Assembly: GCA_963693095.2 (NCBI GenBank) | Contig: OY843768.1 | Location: 1,024,001 to 1,088,000 of the forward strand | Length of the DNA stretch: 64,000 nt | Reading direction: 5' to 3' | Source of the DNA: Cenarchaeum sp. | GTDB lineage: Archaea; Thermoproteota; Nitrososphaeria; Nitrososphaerales; Nitrosopumilaceae | Part shown: positions 40,155 to 50,788 of the stretch, piece by piece | Numbering within the stretch: the first letter of the stretch is position 1 | How the letters are laid out: each line of letters opens with the position of its first letter | Translations under genes and position numbers: made by a program | Notes under the pieces: generated by a model | The model's database searches: none | Seen by the model: only the letters and a program-made list of their open reading frames with translations | Told to the model about the DNA's origin: nothing

Positions 40155-41609
40155 CTAGTACAGGTAGCTCATGAGGCGGATCTGCTCCTCGGTCGTGATG
40201 ACGTCCTTTGCCTTTAGGGTGTCGAGGAGATCCTTAAAGATCGCCTTTTGGTCCTCTGACATTGAGCCAGACGTGCCCTTGTCACCGGGCGGGCCGGGCG
40301 GGCCAGGCGGTCCGGGTGGGCCGACCCCGCCCTGTCCGCCACGCGGTCCGGGCTCTCCGGCCGGACCGGCCGAACCCACCGGACCGCGCGCGCCCTGTGG
40401 GCCCTGGATTCCCTGCGGGCCGTGCATGCCCTTGTCACCGGGCGGGCCCGGCGGGCCGCGCTCGCCTTGCGGTCCCTGTGATCCTTGCGGACCCTTGTCG
40501 CCCGGCGAGCCCTGCATTCCGGGCTGGCCCTTCTCGCCGGACGGGCCGGCCGGACCCTTTTCTCCAATCTCACCTTGCGGTCCGGGAATTCCGGTCAGGC
40601 CCTTCTGTCCCATCTCGCCTTGTGGGCCGGCCGGACCCTTGTCACCTGGCGTTCCCTGTGGACCGTCCTCGCCCTTGTCGCCGGGCGGACCCGGTGGGCC
40701 TGTCGTCCCCTTGTCGCCGTGCGGACCCGGCGGACCCTTGTCGCCGTGCGGACCCGGCGGACCCTGCAGGCCCTTGTCACCAGACGGGCCGCGTGATCCC
40801 GTCTCCCCCTTTGCACCGTGCGCACCGCGCTCTCCGGTGATTCCCTTGTCGCCAATTGATCCCTGTGGGCCCTTGTCGCCCTTTGAGCCGACCTGACCCC
40901 GCGGACCCTGCGGTCCCCTTTCGCCCGGTGAGCCTGTCGGGCCTGTCGTGCCCTTGTCGCCCGGTGGACCCGGTGGACCCTTGTCGCCCTTGTCACCCTT
41001 GTCGCCGGTGAGACCCTTTGGACCGGACTGGCCCTTCTCGCCGGGCGGACCGGACACGCCGCGCGATCCCGGCGGACCCTGCGTTCCGGTCGGTCCGGCG
41101 CTGCCGCGCTCGCCGGGCGGACCCTGCGGGCCGCGCTGGCCCTTGTCACCCAGTGGACCCTGCGCGCCGCGCGTGCCCTGCTTTGCGCGCGGTTCATCAT
41201 GGCGAGGCCGCCTCTGCGTGTCGCGTTGACGCGGGGCATCCTGATGACTGCCTGGAACGGCTGCCTCAAAGACTGTGTGCTCACCAGAAAAGACGTCATT
41301 TACGACAACCCAGACCGAACCTAGCTCAAACACAGAGTCTGGAATCGGCCGTTGGCCCTCGCCTCCCAGCGAGACGGCAAACTCGCCATCCTTTACCCTT
41401 AGGTGGAACTCGGAGGTCCAGAGGGCATCAAATGACCTCGAGGAGGCCGATGCGGCATCTGGCCTCTGGCCTGCAAGCGATATGGCAGCCTCAAACACGC
41501 CCGAGCCGGTAAACGGTGAGCGTCCCCCCACGTCCAGCGTCCTGATCCGGTCCGGCATGGATCGCAGCTCAAGTGCCAAGTATTTTTGTATTTTGACATA
41601 TATGGGCAT
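40155..41609 (-). CDS. Collagen-like protein (long Gly-X-Y run, SHOCT-like C-terminus)
   Basis: About 100 consecutive GXY triplets (~40265-41180); C-terminal [15 protein letters not shown]. Confidence 0.9.
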   Translation of the reverse strand: MPIYVKIQKYLALELRSMPDRIRTLDVGGRSPFTGSGVFEAAISLAGQRPDAASASSRSFDALWTSEFHLRVKDGEFAVSLGGEGQRPIPDSVFELGSVWVVVNDVFSGEHTVFEAAVPGSHQDAPRQRDTQRRPRHDEPRAKQGTRGAQGPLGDKGQRGPQGPPGERGSAGPTGTQGPPGSRGVSGPPGEKGQSGPKGLTGDKGDKGDKGPPGPPGDKGTTGPTGSPGERGPQGPRGQVGSKGDKGPQGSIGDKGITGERGAHGAKGETGSRGPSGDKGLQGPPGPHGDKGPPGPHGDKGTTGPPGPPGDKGEDGPQGTPGDKGPAGPQGEMGQKGLTGIPGPQGEIGEKGPAGPSGEKGQPGMQGSPGDKGPQGSQGPQGERGPPGPPGDKGMHGPQGIQGPQGARGPVGSAGPAGEPGPRGGQGGVGPPGPPGPPGPPGDKGTSGSMSEDQKAIFKDLLDTLKAKDVITTEEQIRLMSYLY

Positions 41610-41680
41610 GGGGGCGCGGCGCGCAGGCGTGGGGGGCCGGCGATGCCTAGAATGGTATTTATCTAGAAACAGCGCCACCG

Positions 41681-42796
41681 GTGCCAAACATGAAGGGCGA
41701 CGGGGTCGATACCGGCAAGAAGCGCGATGTGCCAGCGAGGAGCGGCGAGGAGGGTCTCGCAAAGCCTGACTATCAGCTCCAGAAATACCTCAAAAAGGGC
41801 ATAAACAGCATGGCCGACGACAGGCTCGATGAGGCCGTCGCGCACTTTGAGCGCGCGCTGGCCTGTGAGCCCGGCAACGTGGAGGTGCTGCTAAAGCTCG
41901 GATACGCGCGGTTCCACATGGAGGACCACGCCGAGGCGATGCGCGTGTATGACCGCGTTCTCGACATTGATGTCGCCAACGCCGAGGCATGGAACCTAAA
42001 GTCCCTCATACACTATGGTCAAAAGAACTATGCGCGCGCGCTAGACAGCGTCGAGAAGGCAGTCGACTCTGATCCAAAGTTCGGCATGGCACGCTACAAC
42101 AAGGCGTGCTACCTGTCGATGCTAGGCAGGGTGACAGAGTCTATCGAGGCGCTAAAGCGCTCCATAGAGGTCGACGTAAAGAACGCACGGCGCGCAGTCA
42201 AGGACAGGGACTTTCAGAACGTGCGCATCGAGGACGGATTCAAGAGGATAATAGAGGTCGTTGTCCTCGAGTCCGTGAGGCAGGGATACCACACGATAGG
42301 CGCAATAGTGTGGACAACGTTTCTTGACAGGGTCGACGCCGAGGAGGCACTGCGCAACCTGATGCAAAAGGGCCTGCTCACAATGCACGAGAGGCGCGAT
42401 GGATTTCACAAGATACCAACGTATGACCTAGCCGACTCGGTCGCAAAAAAGCTGCCGCCGATCAAGCGCGGACTCTTTGGGCTCAAAAAGTCCTCGCCAG
42501 CCGAGGTCGGCGGACTCAAGAGGCTGAGCAGCGCAATACAGGACGTCAAGGTGAGCATCGGCGAGGAGGACGTGCCGGCAACACTTGAGAACCTCGAGCA
42601 GTTTATCGATCCAAAGAGGTGCGGCGAGCACATGATCGAGAACTTTTTGGAGGAGCATCGCGAGATTCGCCTGTGGAAGGTGAGGCTAGCTGACGGGTCA
42701 GTGGACTTTTTGCGCGACAACAAGAAAAAGATGATGACGATGCTAGAGAACATAGAGGCCTCTGTGACAAAGCAGCTCCGCAGCGAAGTCGGCTAG
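41681..42796 (+). CDS. Tetratricopeptide-repeat protein
   Basis: Several TPRs ([25 protein letters not shown]). Confidence 0.88.
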   Translation: MPNMKGDGVDTGKKRDVPARSGEEGLAKPDYQLQKYLKKGINSMADDRLDEAVAHFERALACEPGNVEVLLKLGYARFHMEDHAEAMRVYDRVLDIDVANAEAWNLKSLIHYGQKNYARALDSVEKAVDSDPKFGMARYNKACYLSMLGRVTESIEALKRSIEVDVKNARRAVKDRDFQNVRIEDGFKRIIEVVVLESVRQGYHTIGAIVWTTFLDRVDAEEALRNLMQKGLLTMHERRDGFHKIPTYDLADSVAKKLPPIKRGLFGLKKSSPAEVGGLKRLSSAIQDVKVSIGEEDVPATLENLEQFIDPKRCGEHMIENFLEEHREIRLWKVRLADGSVDFLRDNKKKMMTMLENIEASVTKQLRSEVG

Positions 42797-42807
42797 GCTG
42801 CATGCGC

Positions 42808-43620
42808 CTACTCGGCTGACAGATCCCAATAGTTTGCGTCAGCCTGCGTCTCTAGGGGCTTTTTGAGTCCCTTCCACTCCCTAAAGGAGCGCACATAGAG
42901 GCGCACGTTTGGCATTCCGGCCGAGCGCAGCGCGCAGTAGGCCAGGCCCGAGAGCGTCCCGACGCTGCCACAGTACGTGATGACCTCGGCACCCTGGCGT
43001 ATGCCACGATTCTCAAGCAGGCGCGCGATCTCCTCGCGCGGGCGCAGGACGCTGCCCTCAGCCCCTAGCGTCCTGTAGGGTATGTTGATCGCGCCGGGGA
43101 TGTGGTTCTCTAGGTAGTTGAGGCGCTCCCTGTTGTCGACTAGGACGACGTCGCCGCGCGAGGCCGCATCCTCGAGGTATGTCGACGTGGCCAGCGTTTC
43201 TGGACGCGGGCTGACTGTGTGCGTCGAGGCCTCCACGCCAGGGGCGTCAGTGGAGACCTCGAGGCCGCGCGAGTCCCACTGCGAGTACGTCGAGTCAAGG
43301 AGCGCAACGTCCCTGTGCCCAATGTGCTCCAGTGACCACACGAGCCTCGAGGCGAGTGCGCCAAACGTGTCATCATAGGCGACGACGCGCGTAGAGTCCC
43401 CAATGCCGGCTTGCGCCGCAAGGCGCGCAACGGACGCGTCACTGTCATCTGCCAAGAGCTCTGAGAGCGGCAGGTTTACGGCCGACGGGATGTGCCCGCG
43501 CGCATACTCTTCGGGCTTTCTGACGTCAATAACGCGCGTCTTCCCGTCACGCAGCTCGCCGGACAGGTCATCGGCGCTAGTTAGCATGCCTCCGGCAGCG
43601 TCCTGCTCGGCGCCGCTCAT
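42808..43620 (-). CDS. Tandem-domain rhodanese/sulfurtransferase
   Basis: DVR..EY..GHIPSA, HIPGA, YCGSVG. Confidence 0.9.
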   Translation of the reverse strand: MSGAEQDAAGGMLTSADDLSGELRDGKTRVIDVRKPEEYARGHIPSAVNLPLSELLADDSDASVARLAAQAGIGDSTRVVAYDDTFGALASRLVWSLEHIGHRDVALLDSTYSQWDSRGLEVSTDAPGVEASTHTVSPRPETLATSTYLEDAASRGDVVLVDNRERLNYLENHIPGAINIPYRTLGAEGSVLRPREEIARLLENRGIRQGAEVITYCGSVGTLSGLAYCALRSAGMPNVRLYVRSFREWKGLKKPLETQADANYWDLSAE

Positions 43621-45419
43621 GCGGCGCACTCGCCCCTTCCGGTCTTTGTGTGATAGCCGCCGTCGCTCCCATAGTCACTGAAAAAGTCCGCGTCATCTGA
43701 CTGCGAGGGGGCCGCAGCAAGGTGCGCTAGTGCTGACTTTATGTCCTTCACAGACGAGAGCCCCGTCGCAGACGCGCCAGAGACGATCTTGTGGATCCAG
43801 TCCCTAAAGAGGTCACCGTCCTGCCTGTCCTTTTTGTACATGTCAATGAGCTCGAGGAGCGCAGGAATGACGCGCTTTGCGGGCACGCGCATGCACATGG
43901 TGCCGAGCATCGTCTGCCCGTCAGAGCGGCCGCCAAGGGACATCTGGTACACCGGATACATGTCGCCTCCGGAGCGCGCGCCGCCGCCATAAAACCCGAC
44001 TGTGGCTATGCCGTGCTGGCCACACGAGTTTGGGCAGCCGCTGATCTTTATCGACGAGCCCCGCAGGTCGGCATCCTCGTCGAGGCCGGTCTCGGTGAAC
44101 TTGCGCTGTATCTCCTTTGCGAGCCTGTGCGAGTTGGTAAGCGCGAGGTTGCACGAGGTCGTGCCCGAGCACCCAATGGGCGCGGCCATCGTCAGCGAGC
44201 CCGGCCTTGCGAGGCCAGCCTCGAGGAGGTCGCCGTAGAGCGCGGTGAGGCCGTCCTCGCGCACGTAGCGGAGGGCAATGTTCTGCGTAAAGCCGATGCG
44301 CGCAAGGCCCTCGCCAGAGTGCGTGCGGCATATCTGCGCTAGCGCACGAAGCTGGCTTGCCGTTATGTCGCCGGCCTCGAGCGCAATAAAGACAGAGCGG
44401 AACCCGTCTTGCTTTTGCGCGCACGTGCACGTGCGCAGCCACCGCGCATACCCTTCAGGTGCGGCGCCGGCGGGCTCATCAGATACGCAAAGGCGCGGGA
44501 TGACCTCATCGGGCTTGAGGTCGACGTCAAATCCCACCGTGACGGACTGTGTCGCGCGCATTATCGCGCGCTCTTTTAGGACAAGGCCCCTAAAGGCATC
44601 CCAGCCCATGTCGTTGACAAGGTATCGCATGCGGTTCCTCGCGAGGTTCTTCCTGTCCCCAAGCCTGTCAAATATGCGAAGGACCGCAAGTGACGTGTAG
44701 ATGAGATCCTCCTGCGGGGTAAAGTCCTCAAGCTCGTGGCCAACAAATGACTTGTTGCCCAGTCCGCCGCCGAGAAATACCTTGAATCCGCGCCGTTCCT
44801 CGCCGTTTTCATGGCGAACCTGCGGGAGGACGCCGACGTCGACCATTCGAACCATCCCGTGCTCCTCGCAGCACGTAAAGTTGAACTTGAACTTGCGCGG
44901 CAGGTTTTGGTTCATCGGGTTTCGCAGGAGGAACTTTGCCGTCGATAGCGCGTATGGCGTCGCGTCAAACGCCTCGGCGCCGCACACGCCGGAGAGCGGG
45001 CTGCACATCACATTGCGAACCGTGTTGCCGCACGCCTCGCGCGACGTGAGGCCGACTTCTGCGAGGCCACGAAATATCTCCGAGACGTCCTCGAGTATGA
45101 CCCAGTGGAGCTGCACGTTCTCGCGAGTCGAGACGTGCGCACTGCCTATCGAAAATCGCTCGCTGAGCTGGGCCATCTTTTCAAGCTGTGCGGGCAGTAT
45201 CTTGCCGGCCGGCACCTTTATGCGGACCATCGCATAGTCAGACGTCATGCGCGTGCCGTATGCGCCATGCTGCAGGCGAAACCTGCGAAAGCTGTCCGCG
45301 TCGTACTTGCCCTGCCTGAAGAGCCTCACCGTGCGCGCAAAGCTCTCCGTCTCCTCCTCTCGTGCCCAGTTGATCCCCGGCTCGGGGTCGGCTACCTTTT
45401 GCGTTTGCTGCGGCTTCAA
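43617..45419 (-). CDS. Ferredoxin-dependent sulfite/nitrite reductase (siroheme)
   Basis: TRENVQLH, GNTVRN, LPRKFK, CSG...C, SGCPNSCGQH; TTG start inferred. Confidence 0.92.
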   Translation of the reverse strand: MKPQQTQKVADPEPGINWAREEETESFARTVRLFRQGKYDADSFRRFRLQHGAYGTRMTSDYAMVRIKVPAGKILPAQLEKMAQLSERFSIGSAHVSTRENVQLHWVILEDVSEIFRGLAEVGLTSREACGNTVRNVMCSPLSGVCGAEAFDATPYALSTAKFLLRNPMNQNLPRKFKFNFTCCEEHGMVRMVDVGVLPQVRHENGEERRGFKVFLGGGLGNKSFVGHELEDFTPQEDLIYTSLAVLRIFDRLGDRKNLARNRMRYLVNDMGWDAFRGLVLKERAIMRATQSVTVGFDVDLKPDEVIPRLCVSDEPAGAAPEGYARWLRTCTCAQKQDGFRSVFIALEAGDITASQLRALAQICRTHSGEGLARIGFTQNIALRYVREDGLTALYGDLLEAGLARPGSLTMAAPIGCSGTTSCNLALTNSHRLAKEIQRKFTETGLDEDADLRGSSIKISGCPNSCGQHGIATVGFYGGGARSGGDMYPVYQMSLGGRSDGQTMLGTMCMRVPAKRVIPALLELIDMYKKDRQDGDLFRDWIHKIVSGASATGLSSVKDIKSALAHLAAAPSQSDDADFFSDYGSDGGYHTKTGRGECAA

Positions 45420-45636
45420 CTGGCTTGATCGCACGGGGTTTGAATATAAGCTTAAGCGTCGTGGCGGCCATTCCACACGCGTGTAGGGCCACAGGCCACC
45501 ATAATGCCCGCAGGTGGGCCGTCGGCGAACGGCCCGCGCGGCGCTGGTGGGCCGGCACCCCCGCGGACCCCCTTTGGCCAGATGGGCGCAATGCGGCATG
45601 AAGGCTTTTAACATACCGCGCCAACGCAGGATCCAT

Positions 45637-46653
45637 ATGGGCTTTATGCGCAAGGACTATGTTTCGGACCGCCTCACGATAGTGGCAAAAAGGGAAAAGC
45701 GCACAACTGATCCAAAAAAGTCCCCGCACGCGCCGGGCAACGAGTCGATGACCAACCCGTCGGTTCTCTCGCTAGTCTCCAAGGACGGCATGCTCCAGAG
45801 GCTGCAGGACAGCGAGGGCGAGTACATCAAGGGTTGGGCAATACGCGTCTTTGAGAGCGACAACCCAATAGTCACGACAACGCCAGAGAACACATACGGC
45901 GAGTTTCCGCACTACAAGGAGCCCGCATACGGGTACCACTATGTCGTTGTAGCGTCACCAGACCACAAGGAGTCGCTCTCGACGATAAGCGTGGAGCAGT
46001 GGTCAAACGTGCTCATCGTGGTACAGGATCGCCTGCGATGGCTCTACACGCAAAAGGGCGTCACATACGTTGCCATATACGCAAGCCATGCGAGCAGCGA
46101 GGACTCGAAAAATGACCACCCGCGCCTCGACATTGCGACATTCTCGACGATACCTCCCGTAATCGAGAAAGAGTCGGCGATCTCGCACCGTATACTCAGC
46201 GAGCGCGGCGTGTGCCCAATGTGCCACACCATCGAAGTCGAGGCCGCCGGGCCGCGCCAGGTTCTGCAGACTGAGGGGTTTGTCGCACTGTGCCCATGGG
46301 CACCGGCACACGAGTACGAGTACTGGATATGCCCAAAAAAGCACACGACATCATTCTCAAAGATAACGCACAAGGAGATAAATGACCTTGCCCTAATGCT
46401 GCGCGCCACGCTCGGCGGGCTCTGCGAGACCGTAAAGGGCGTGTCCTTTGGCATTGCGTTCCACCTGTCGCCAGAAAAAAAGAACAGCAAGCAGATACAC
46501 TGGCATGTCGAGGTCTATCCCGTCAAGGGCGAGGTGACCGGCCTCGAGCATGGGTACGGGATACACCTAAACCCCACGTCTCCAGAAGATGCGGCCGCCA
46601 ACCTCGGGGAGGCAAGCAGGAAGGAGATTGCGCGCCTAGTCGGGATAGTGTAG
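45637..46653 (+). CDS. GalT/HIT-superfamily nucleotidyltransferase-like protein
   Basis: PGNE, YG.H.V, CPMC, HWHVEVYP; canonical HPH is degenerate (HPR). Confidence 0.75.
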   Translation: MGFMRKDYVSDRLTIVAKREKRTTDPKKSPHAPGNESMTNPSVLSLVSKDGMLQRLQDSEGEYIKGWAIRVFESDNPIVTTTPENTYGEFPHYKEPAYGYHYVVVASPDHKESLSTISVEQWSNVLIVVQDRLRWLYTQKGVTYVAIYASHASSEDSKNDHPRLDIATFSTIPPVIEKESAISHRILSERGVCPMCHTIEVEAAGPRQVLQTEGFVALCPWAPAHEYEYWICPKKHTTSFSKITHKEINDLALMLRATLGGLCETVKGVSFGIAFHLSPEKKNSKQIHWHVEVYPVKGEVTGLEHGYGIHLNPTSPEDAAANLGEASRKEIARLVGIV

Positions 46654-46657
46654 TGCC

Positions 46658-47110
46658 ATGGGAATAGAGAGGTACATTGCAGCCGCCGGCATGGGACTCT
46701 ATGTCATGTTTGCCGCCGAGATCTGCACGCTCTATGACTTTTTGCAGGATCCCTACCGCACAATCGAGGCGGCGCCAAAGATACTCCAGTTCATCTCAAT
46801 TGGCGTCGCGCCCGCGTCGATTCTTGCGGCAGTCTCGTATATCATGACAAGGAGGTACGGCTCGAGGCCAATAGGCGTGATGATCTGCATAGGCGGCGTC
46901 GCGATGATGGCCGGCATGGCATACGCGCAGATGCTAGTCGCCGGCATAGGCGCAGATCACCTCAACGCCACAGTAGAGTACACGCCGATCCTCTTTGCGA
47001 TCCTGTCGATTCCGGTGATCGTCGTGGGCGCCTCGCTCATGCGCGAGAGGCAGAGGCCAAAGCGGCACTCTACCCTAGATCACACCTCATGGACACAGAG
47101 TGACGACTGA
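46658..47110 (+). CDS. Four-TM hypothetical membrane protein
   Basis: Hydrophobic segments; 4 nt after the GalT-like gene. Confidence 0.7.
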   Translation: MGIERYIAAAGMGLYVMFAAEICTLYDFLQDPYRTIEAAPKILQFISIGVAPASILAAVSYIMTRRYGSRPIGVMICIGGVAMMAGMAYAQMLVAGIGADHLNATVEYTPILFAILSIPVIVVGASLMRERQRPKRHSTLDHTSWTQSDD

Positions 47111-47513
47111 GTCCAAGGCCCTCATAGAACGGCACGAGCTCATCGGCGCACTCGAGGACGACCTTGTAGCAGCCGGCGCGGCGCGCCTCGGCGATCGCCG
47201 CGCGAACGAGTGTGCCCCCGATGCCCTCGCGCTGATGATCCTTGCGAACTGCGACGTCCTCGATGTGGCCCACAAGGCCCCCGTCATGGATGAACTTGCG
47301 CTCAACGAGGAGCGTCACGGTCCCGACTATGCGGCCGTCGCGCTCGGCCACAAGCGTCGTGTGGCCGTCGTTGGCCTCTATGGCATCCATGACGCGCATG
47401 GCAGTCTCCGTGTCCATGCCGCTAGCGCTGCGCAGCGAGTCGAGTGACTCTAGAAAGCCCGCCCCAAGGTCGTCTCGCCGCAGCGGCCTTATCACGGGAT
47501 CCATTGCGCTCAC
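47070..47513 (-). CDS. GNAT acetyltransferase (glucosamine-6-phosphate N-acetyltransferase-like)
   Basis: ERKFIH.GG.VGHIEDVAV, GCYKVVLEC, FYE..G. Confidence 0.88.
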   Translation of the reverse strand: MSAMDPVIRPLRRDDLGAGFLESLDSLRSASGMDTETAMRVMDAIEANDGHTTLVAERDGRIVGTVTLLVERKFIHDGGLVGHIEDVAVRKDHQREGIGGTLVRAAIAEARRAGCYKVVLECADELVPFYEGLGLSRHSVSMRCDLG

Positions 47514-48205
47514 GCGTCCTGCCCCCCAAGGCGGGCCTGCGCGCGCTCATAGGAGGCAATGTCGCCAATGTCGGTGAACGCCCCGCGCGCGCGGTACTCG
47601 CGCACGCGCATGCCGCGCGCAATGGCGCGCCTCACGGCAGAATCCATTCCGAGCGCGCGGTTTGGCGGGATGAGCGCAAGGACTGCAGGCTCGATGACAT
47701 AGCAGCCGACGTTTATGAGCGACTCGATGCGCGGCTTTTCGTCCCATGATGTCACCGTGCCGGCGCGCGTCGTAGTAATGACGCCATACGGGACTGTCGT
47801 CGTGTGCATGTGCGTGGCGATCGTCATTGCCGGACGCGTGCGCACGTGCTGCCTGACCATGGCACGAAGCGAGTGGCCAAATATCGAGTCGCCATACATG
47901 CACACAAACGCAGAGTTAAGGAGGCCACTTGCGGCACGCAGCTGTCCGGCAGTCGCCATTGGCCGTGGCGTTGCGGCGTACTCGATGCGCACGCCAAAGT
48001 CCGACCCGTCGCCAAAGTGGCCCTCGATCGACTCGCGGAGGTGACTCACGCAAAGCACGATCTCCCGTATGCCGGCCTTGCGTGTCCATTCAACGAGGTG
48101 CTCTAGTATTGGCCGGCCGGCAAGCGGGAGCATCGGCTTTGGAGTTGTTGCCGTGTATGAGCCCATGCGCTCTCCGAGCCCGCCTGCAAGAATCACGGCC
48201 TTCAT
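47510..48205 (-). CDS. Sugar-phosphate nucleotidyltransferase
   Basis: AVILAGGLGER, PKPMLP, YGD, EKP, DIG. Confidence 0.9.
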   Translation of the reverse strand: MKAVILAGGLGERMGSYTATTPKPMLPLAGRPILEHLVEWTRKAGIREIVLCVSHLRESIEGHFGDGSDFGVRIEYAATPRPMATAGQLRAASGLLNSAFVCMYGDSIFGHSLRAMVRQHVRTRPAMTIATHMHTTTVPYGVITTTRAGTVTSWDEKPRIESLINVGCYVIEPAVLALIPPNRALGMDSAVRRAIARGMRVREYRARGAFTDIGDIASYERAQARLGGQDA

Positions 48206-48223
48206 GCATGCGCGCGCCGGCGC

Positions 48224-49525
48224 CTATAATTTATGTTGAGCAGCACGCGCGGCGATTCGGCGAACCTTGCGCAGCACGTCAGCGGGATCGCGGCCAAAGA
48301 CTAGGGCCATGGGCTCCTTGCCGTGCGCGCCGGCATGGTGAACGATATCAGGCGGGGCCGCTCTCCGCGCGATGGCCTCGCGCACGCCCCATGCTACAGT
48401 CGTGCCCTCGAGGCGCGCACGCGCGCGCGGCTCGCGGGCGCGATCGTATGACGAGAGCGACATGCCAAGGCGGCGCATCGCGCCAAGCGTTGCCGGCGAG
48501 CGGCGGATGTTGGCGCACGAGGAGACGTCCGGAAACCTCTCGCGCATGGCGGCCAGCGCAGAGGCGACGTGGCGCGAGCCGCCGCGCTCAAGGCTGCCGA
48601 CGGGGATGAGGCGCGTGCCGGCCCTGACGATTCTCCCGCTCATGCCGATCATGTCCTGCGCCGAGGACGACTCGGGCGTGGCGACGACAAAGTTTGTCTG
48701 GCATTCTGGGACTAGCGCGTGTGCGCCGCGCGTGGAGCACAGGCCCGCTATTGCCGCAGCAAGTCCTGCGACATGGGGCGAGTCGCGCAGTCCCGTGATC
48801 GCAAGGCCGCGGCCGGGCGAGGCGGCCGCATCGAGGTGCGATGCGGCGATCGTGTGGGCCATGCGGGCAGCCTCGTATGGGCTGCGCCGGCCCGCAAGCG
48901 CAAACGCCAGGGCCGCCGAGTGCGCGCATCCGCCCCCGTGGCTCTGCTCAGCGTGTGCGGCGCCGCGGATCACGCGCCTGCGTGGCGCGTACACGTGATC
49001 GCATATGCGTCCGGCGCACGGCACGCCTGTCACGATGACAGCGCCGCACCCGAAACCCAAGAGTGCGCGTGCGCTCGCGTCAGGCCCGCGCCTCGTCGAG
49101 ATGGCCTCGGCCTCCTCGAGGTTTGGCGTGACGGCTGCCGCTAGCGGGAGCATCTCAGAGCAGAGGGCCGGAATAGCGGTCCGCCGGAGCAGGACACCCC
49201 CCGTCGTTGAGCGGATCACGGGGTCGACCACTATGGGGGCACTAGAGCCGCGAATCGCTGAGGCGACTGCGCGCACCGTGGCAGCAGAGTGGAGCATGCC
49301 GACTTTTATTGCGTCAAGCTCAAAGTCTGCCATCACCGAGTCGATCTGCGCGCGTATGGCCGCCGGCGCGAGCGCGTGCGTGCCCGAGTACGACGACGTG
49401 CCCTGTGCCGTTATCGCAGTTATCGCCGTGACGCAGTGGGCGCCGAGTGCCGAGAGAACCCTCACGTCACCCTGCACGCCGGCGCCAGAGGACGGATCAG
49501 AGCCCCCTATTGACAGAATGTTCAC
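48224..49525 (-). CDS. thiD: Bifunctional HMP/HMP-P kinase - thiamine-phosphate synthase (ThiDN)
   Basis: GSDPSSGAGVQGD, KVGML, TPN..EA, HGGGC; ThiN PECQTN, S.HVA, GKEPM. Confidence 0.92.
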   Translation of the reverse strand: MNILSIGGSDPSSGAGVQGDVRVLSALGAHCVTAITAITAQGTSSYSGTHALAPAAIRAQIDSVMADFELDAIKVGMLHSAATVRAVASAIRGSSAPIVVDPVIRSTTGGVLLRRTAIPALCSEMLPLAAAVTPNLEEAEAISTRRGPDASARALLGFGCGAVIVTGVPCAGRICDHVYAPRRRVIRGAAHAEQSHGGGCAHSAALAFALAGRRSPYEAARMAHTIAASHLDAAASPGRGLAITGLRDSPHVAGLAAAIAGLCSTRGAHALVPECQTNFVVATPESSSAQDMIGMSGRIVRAGTRLIPVGSLERGGSRHVASALAAMRERFPDVSSCANIRRSPATLGAMRRLGMSLSSYDRAREPRARARLEGTTVAWGVREAIARRAAPPDIVHHAGAHGKEPMALVFGRDPADVLRKVRRIAARAAQHKL

Positions 49526-50070
49526 CGACGCTCACCGCGTTGCGCGGCATGGAGCCATGCGAGCCATGCTCAGGACGTCTCCTGTGCGCACCTGAATGAG
49601 CAGAACCTGCTCCCTGTGCCCTCAAACTCGCGGCCGCAATGCAGGCACTCCCGCGCTAGTCTCATGCTGTTGGTCACGCGTCTTGGCCAATATAACTGCG
49701 ATCCAGATCCCTTATAGCCAGAATGGGCGCCCACACGGCCTGAGGCGGGCCATCACAAAGGCGTGCTGGGCAGCACGTGGCCGCGGCACGCTCTGCCGGT
49801 GCGTCGAGCCTGCGAGGCCATGCGTTCACGCGGTGCGGGCTCGAGGCTGTGCAGGCATTGCGCCTGCGACATGCCGCACGCCGGTGTGGCGCATTGCCTG
49901 ATGGGCAAGCCGTGCCTGAAATCATGCAGCACAAAGCGCCCAATTGCGCACATTGCGCCGTGAACTAGCCATGTGCCATCCTGTGGCCTATACGCCATAA
50001 CCCATGGCATGGCTTGATGGCACAGGCACGTCAATTGTGCGCAAGGGACACGCCATAAAGCGTCGTTACG

Positions 50071-50565
50071 CTAGTGAAACGGGTAGGTGCTCCAGGCCGG
50101 AGGCTCGATGAACGTTCCCACCACGGTCATTGTCATGATAAATCCAAATATACACAGCGATATCAGCATGATGTTCCAGTGTTGGGTGTGTTTTGTGCGG
50201 AGAAGACGGGTGTTATAGTGAATGGCGCGATCAAGATCGTCCACAAGATGGATCCAATAGGATTCGTGCTCAGGAGAACCCGGCGCAGGTGGAACCCCGT
50301 TCGACAAAGTTAGCAGCGGTCCGGCATTCAGTGTTGTGTTGCCCAACATCTGCACACCAATCCTGATTGGAACCGCGATTGTAAATGCCACTGCCCCGAC
50401 AAGCGTGATCAGGTTCACTGCCGGACTAAACGCGTAGGCCAACACCATAGCTGCGACAACTGAAAGAAAGATCGAGGCCTTTATGTCAACATGGTTGCAG
50501 AGAACGCCAAGGTGATAACACTGATGCTGCATGTAAAAGGCCTGTTCAGACCGACTCATCGTCAT
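50071..50565 (-). CDS. Hypothetical 3-TM membrane protein (DxKA motif, Pycsar-effector-like layout)
   Basis: HVDIKASIFL, TM hairpin, soluble loop, N..LL..K, final TM; start uncertain (50592/50565/50559). Confidence 0.55.
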   Translation of the reverse strand: MTMSRSEQAFYMQHQCYHLGVLCNHVDIKASIFLSVVAAMVLAYAFSPAVNLITLVGAVAFTIAVPIRIGVQMLGNTTLNAGPLLTLSNGVPPAPGSPEHESYWIHLVDDLDRAIHYNTRLLRTKHTQHWNIMLISLCIFGFIMTMTVVGTFIEPPAWSTYPFH

Positions 50566-50743
50566 ATACGAAATCTGACCTCCGTGCGTCAAATGTTGTG
50601 TACAGGGTAGTGATGGGCAGACGATTGGGGCCTATGTATATCGTGTTGGCCTCGTCTGTCTCACGGCTCAGCTTGTCCAGCTCGGCATCGCTCATCTCGC
50701 ACCTGCGTGCAGCCGTCATCCAGCCGCGCAACCAGTCCCACAT
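50546..50743 (-). CDS. 65-aa microprotein, copy 1 (MWDWLRGWMTAARRCEMS...)
   Basis: Frame conserved in a diverged second copy; TATA-like box ~25-30 nt upstream. Confidence 0.65.
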   Translation of the reverse strand: MWDWLRGWMTAARRCEMSDAELDKLSRETDEANTIYIGPNRLPITTLYTTFDARRSDFVYDDESV

Positions 50744-50788
50744 TGCCGCAGTTAGACGTGTCGGCGTATATATATGATCTCTAGACTT

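Noticed and set aside
40171-41299. Gly/Pro-periodic antisense ORFs and Arg-rich frames over the collagen gene
   Set aside because: Mirror of GGN-CCN periodicity; the minus-strand frame has terminal domains
45420-45653. Long 5' extensions given by the ORF track (sulfite reductase; likewise argH, psmB, trmI, argS, thiC)
   Set aside because: They overlap divergent genes or promoters and are low-complexity; starts moved downstream
49530-50070. Short ORFs upstream of thiDN; possible TPP riboswitch
   Set aside because: No protein-like ORF and no riboswitch consensus seen
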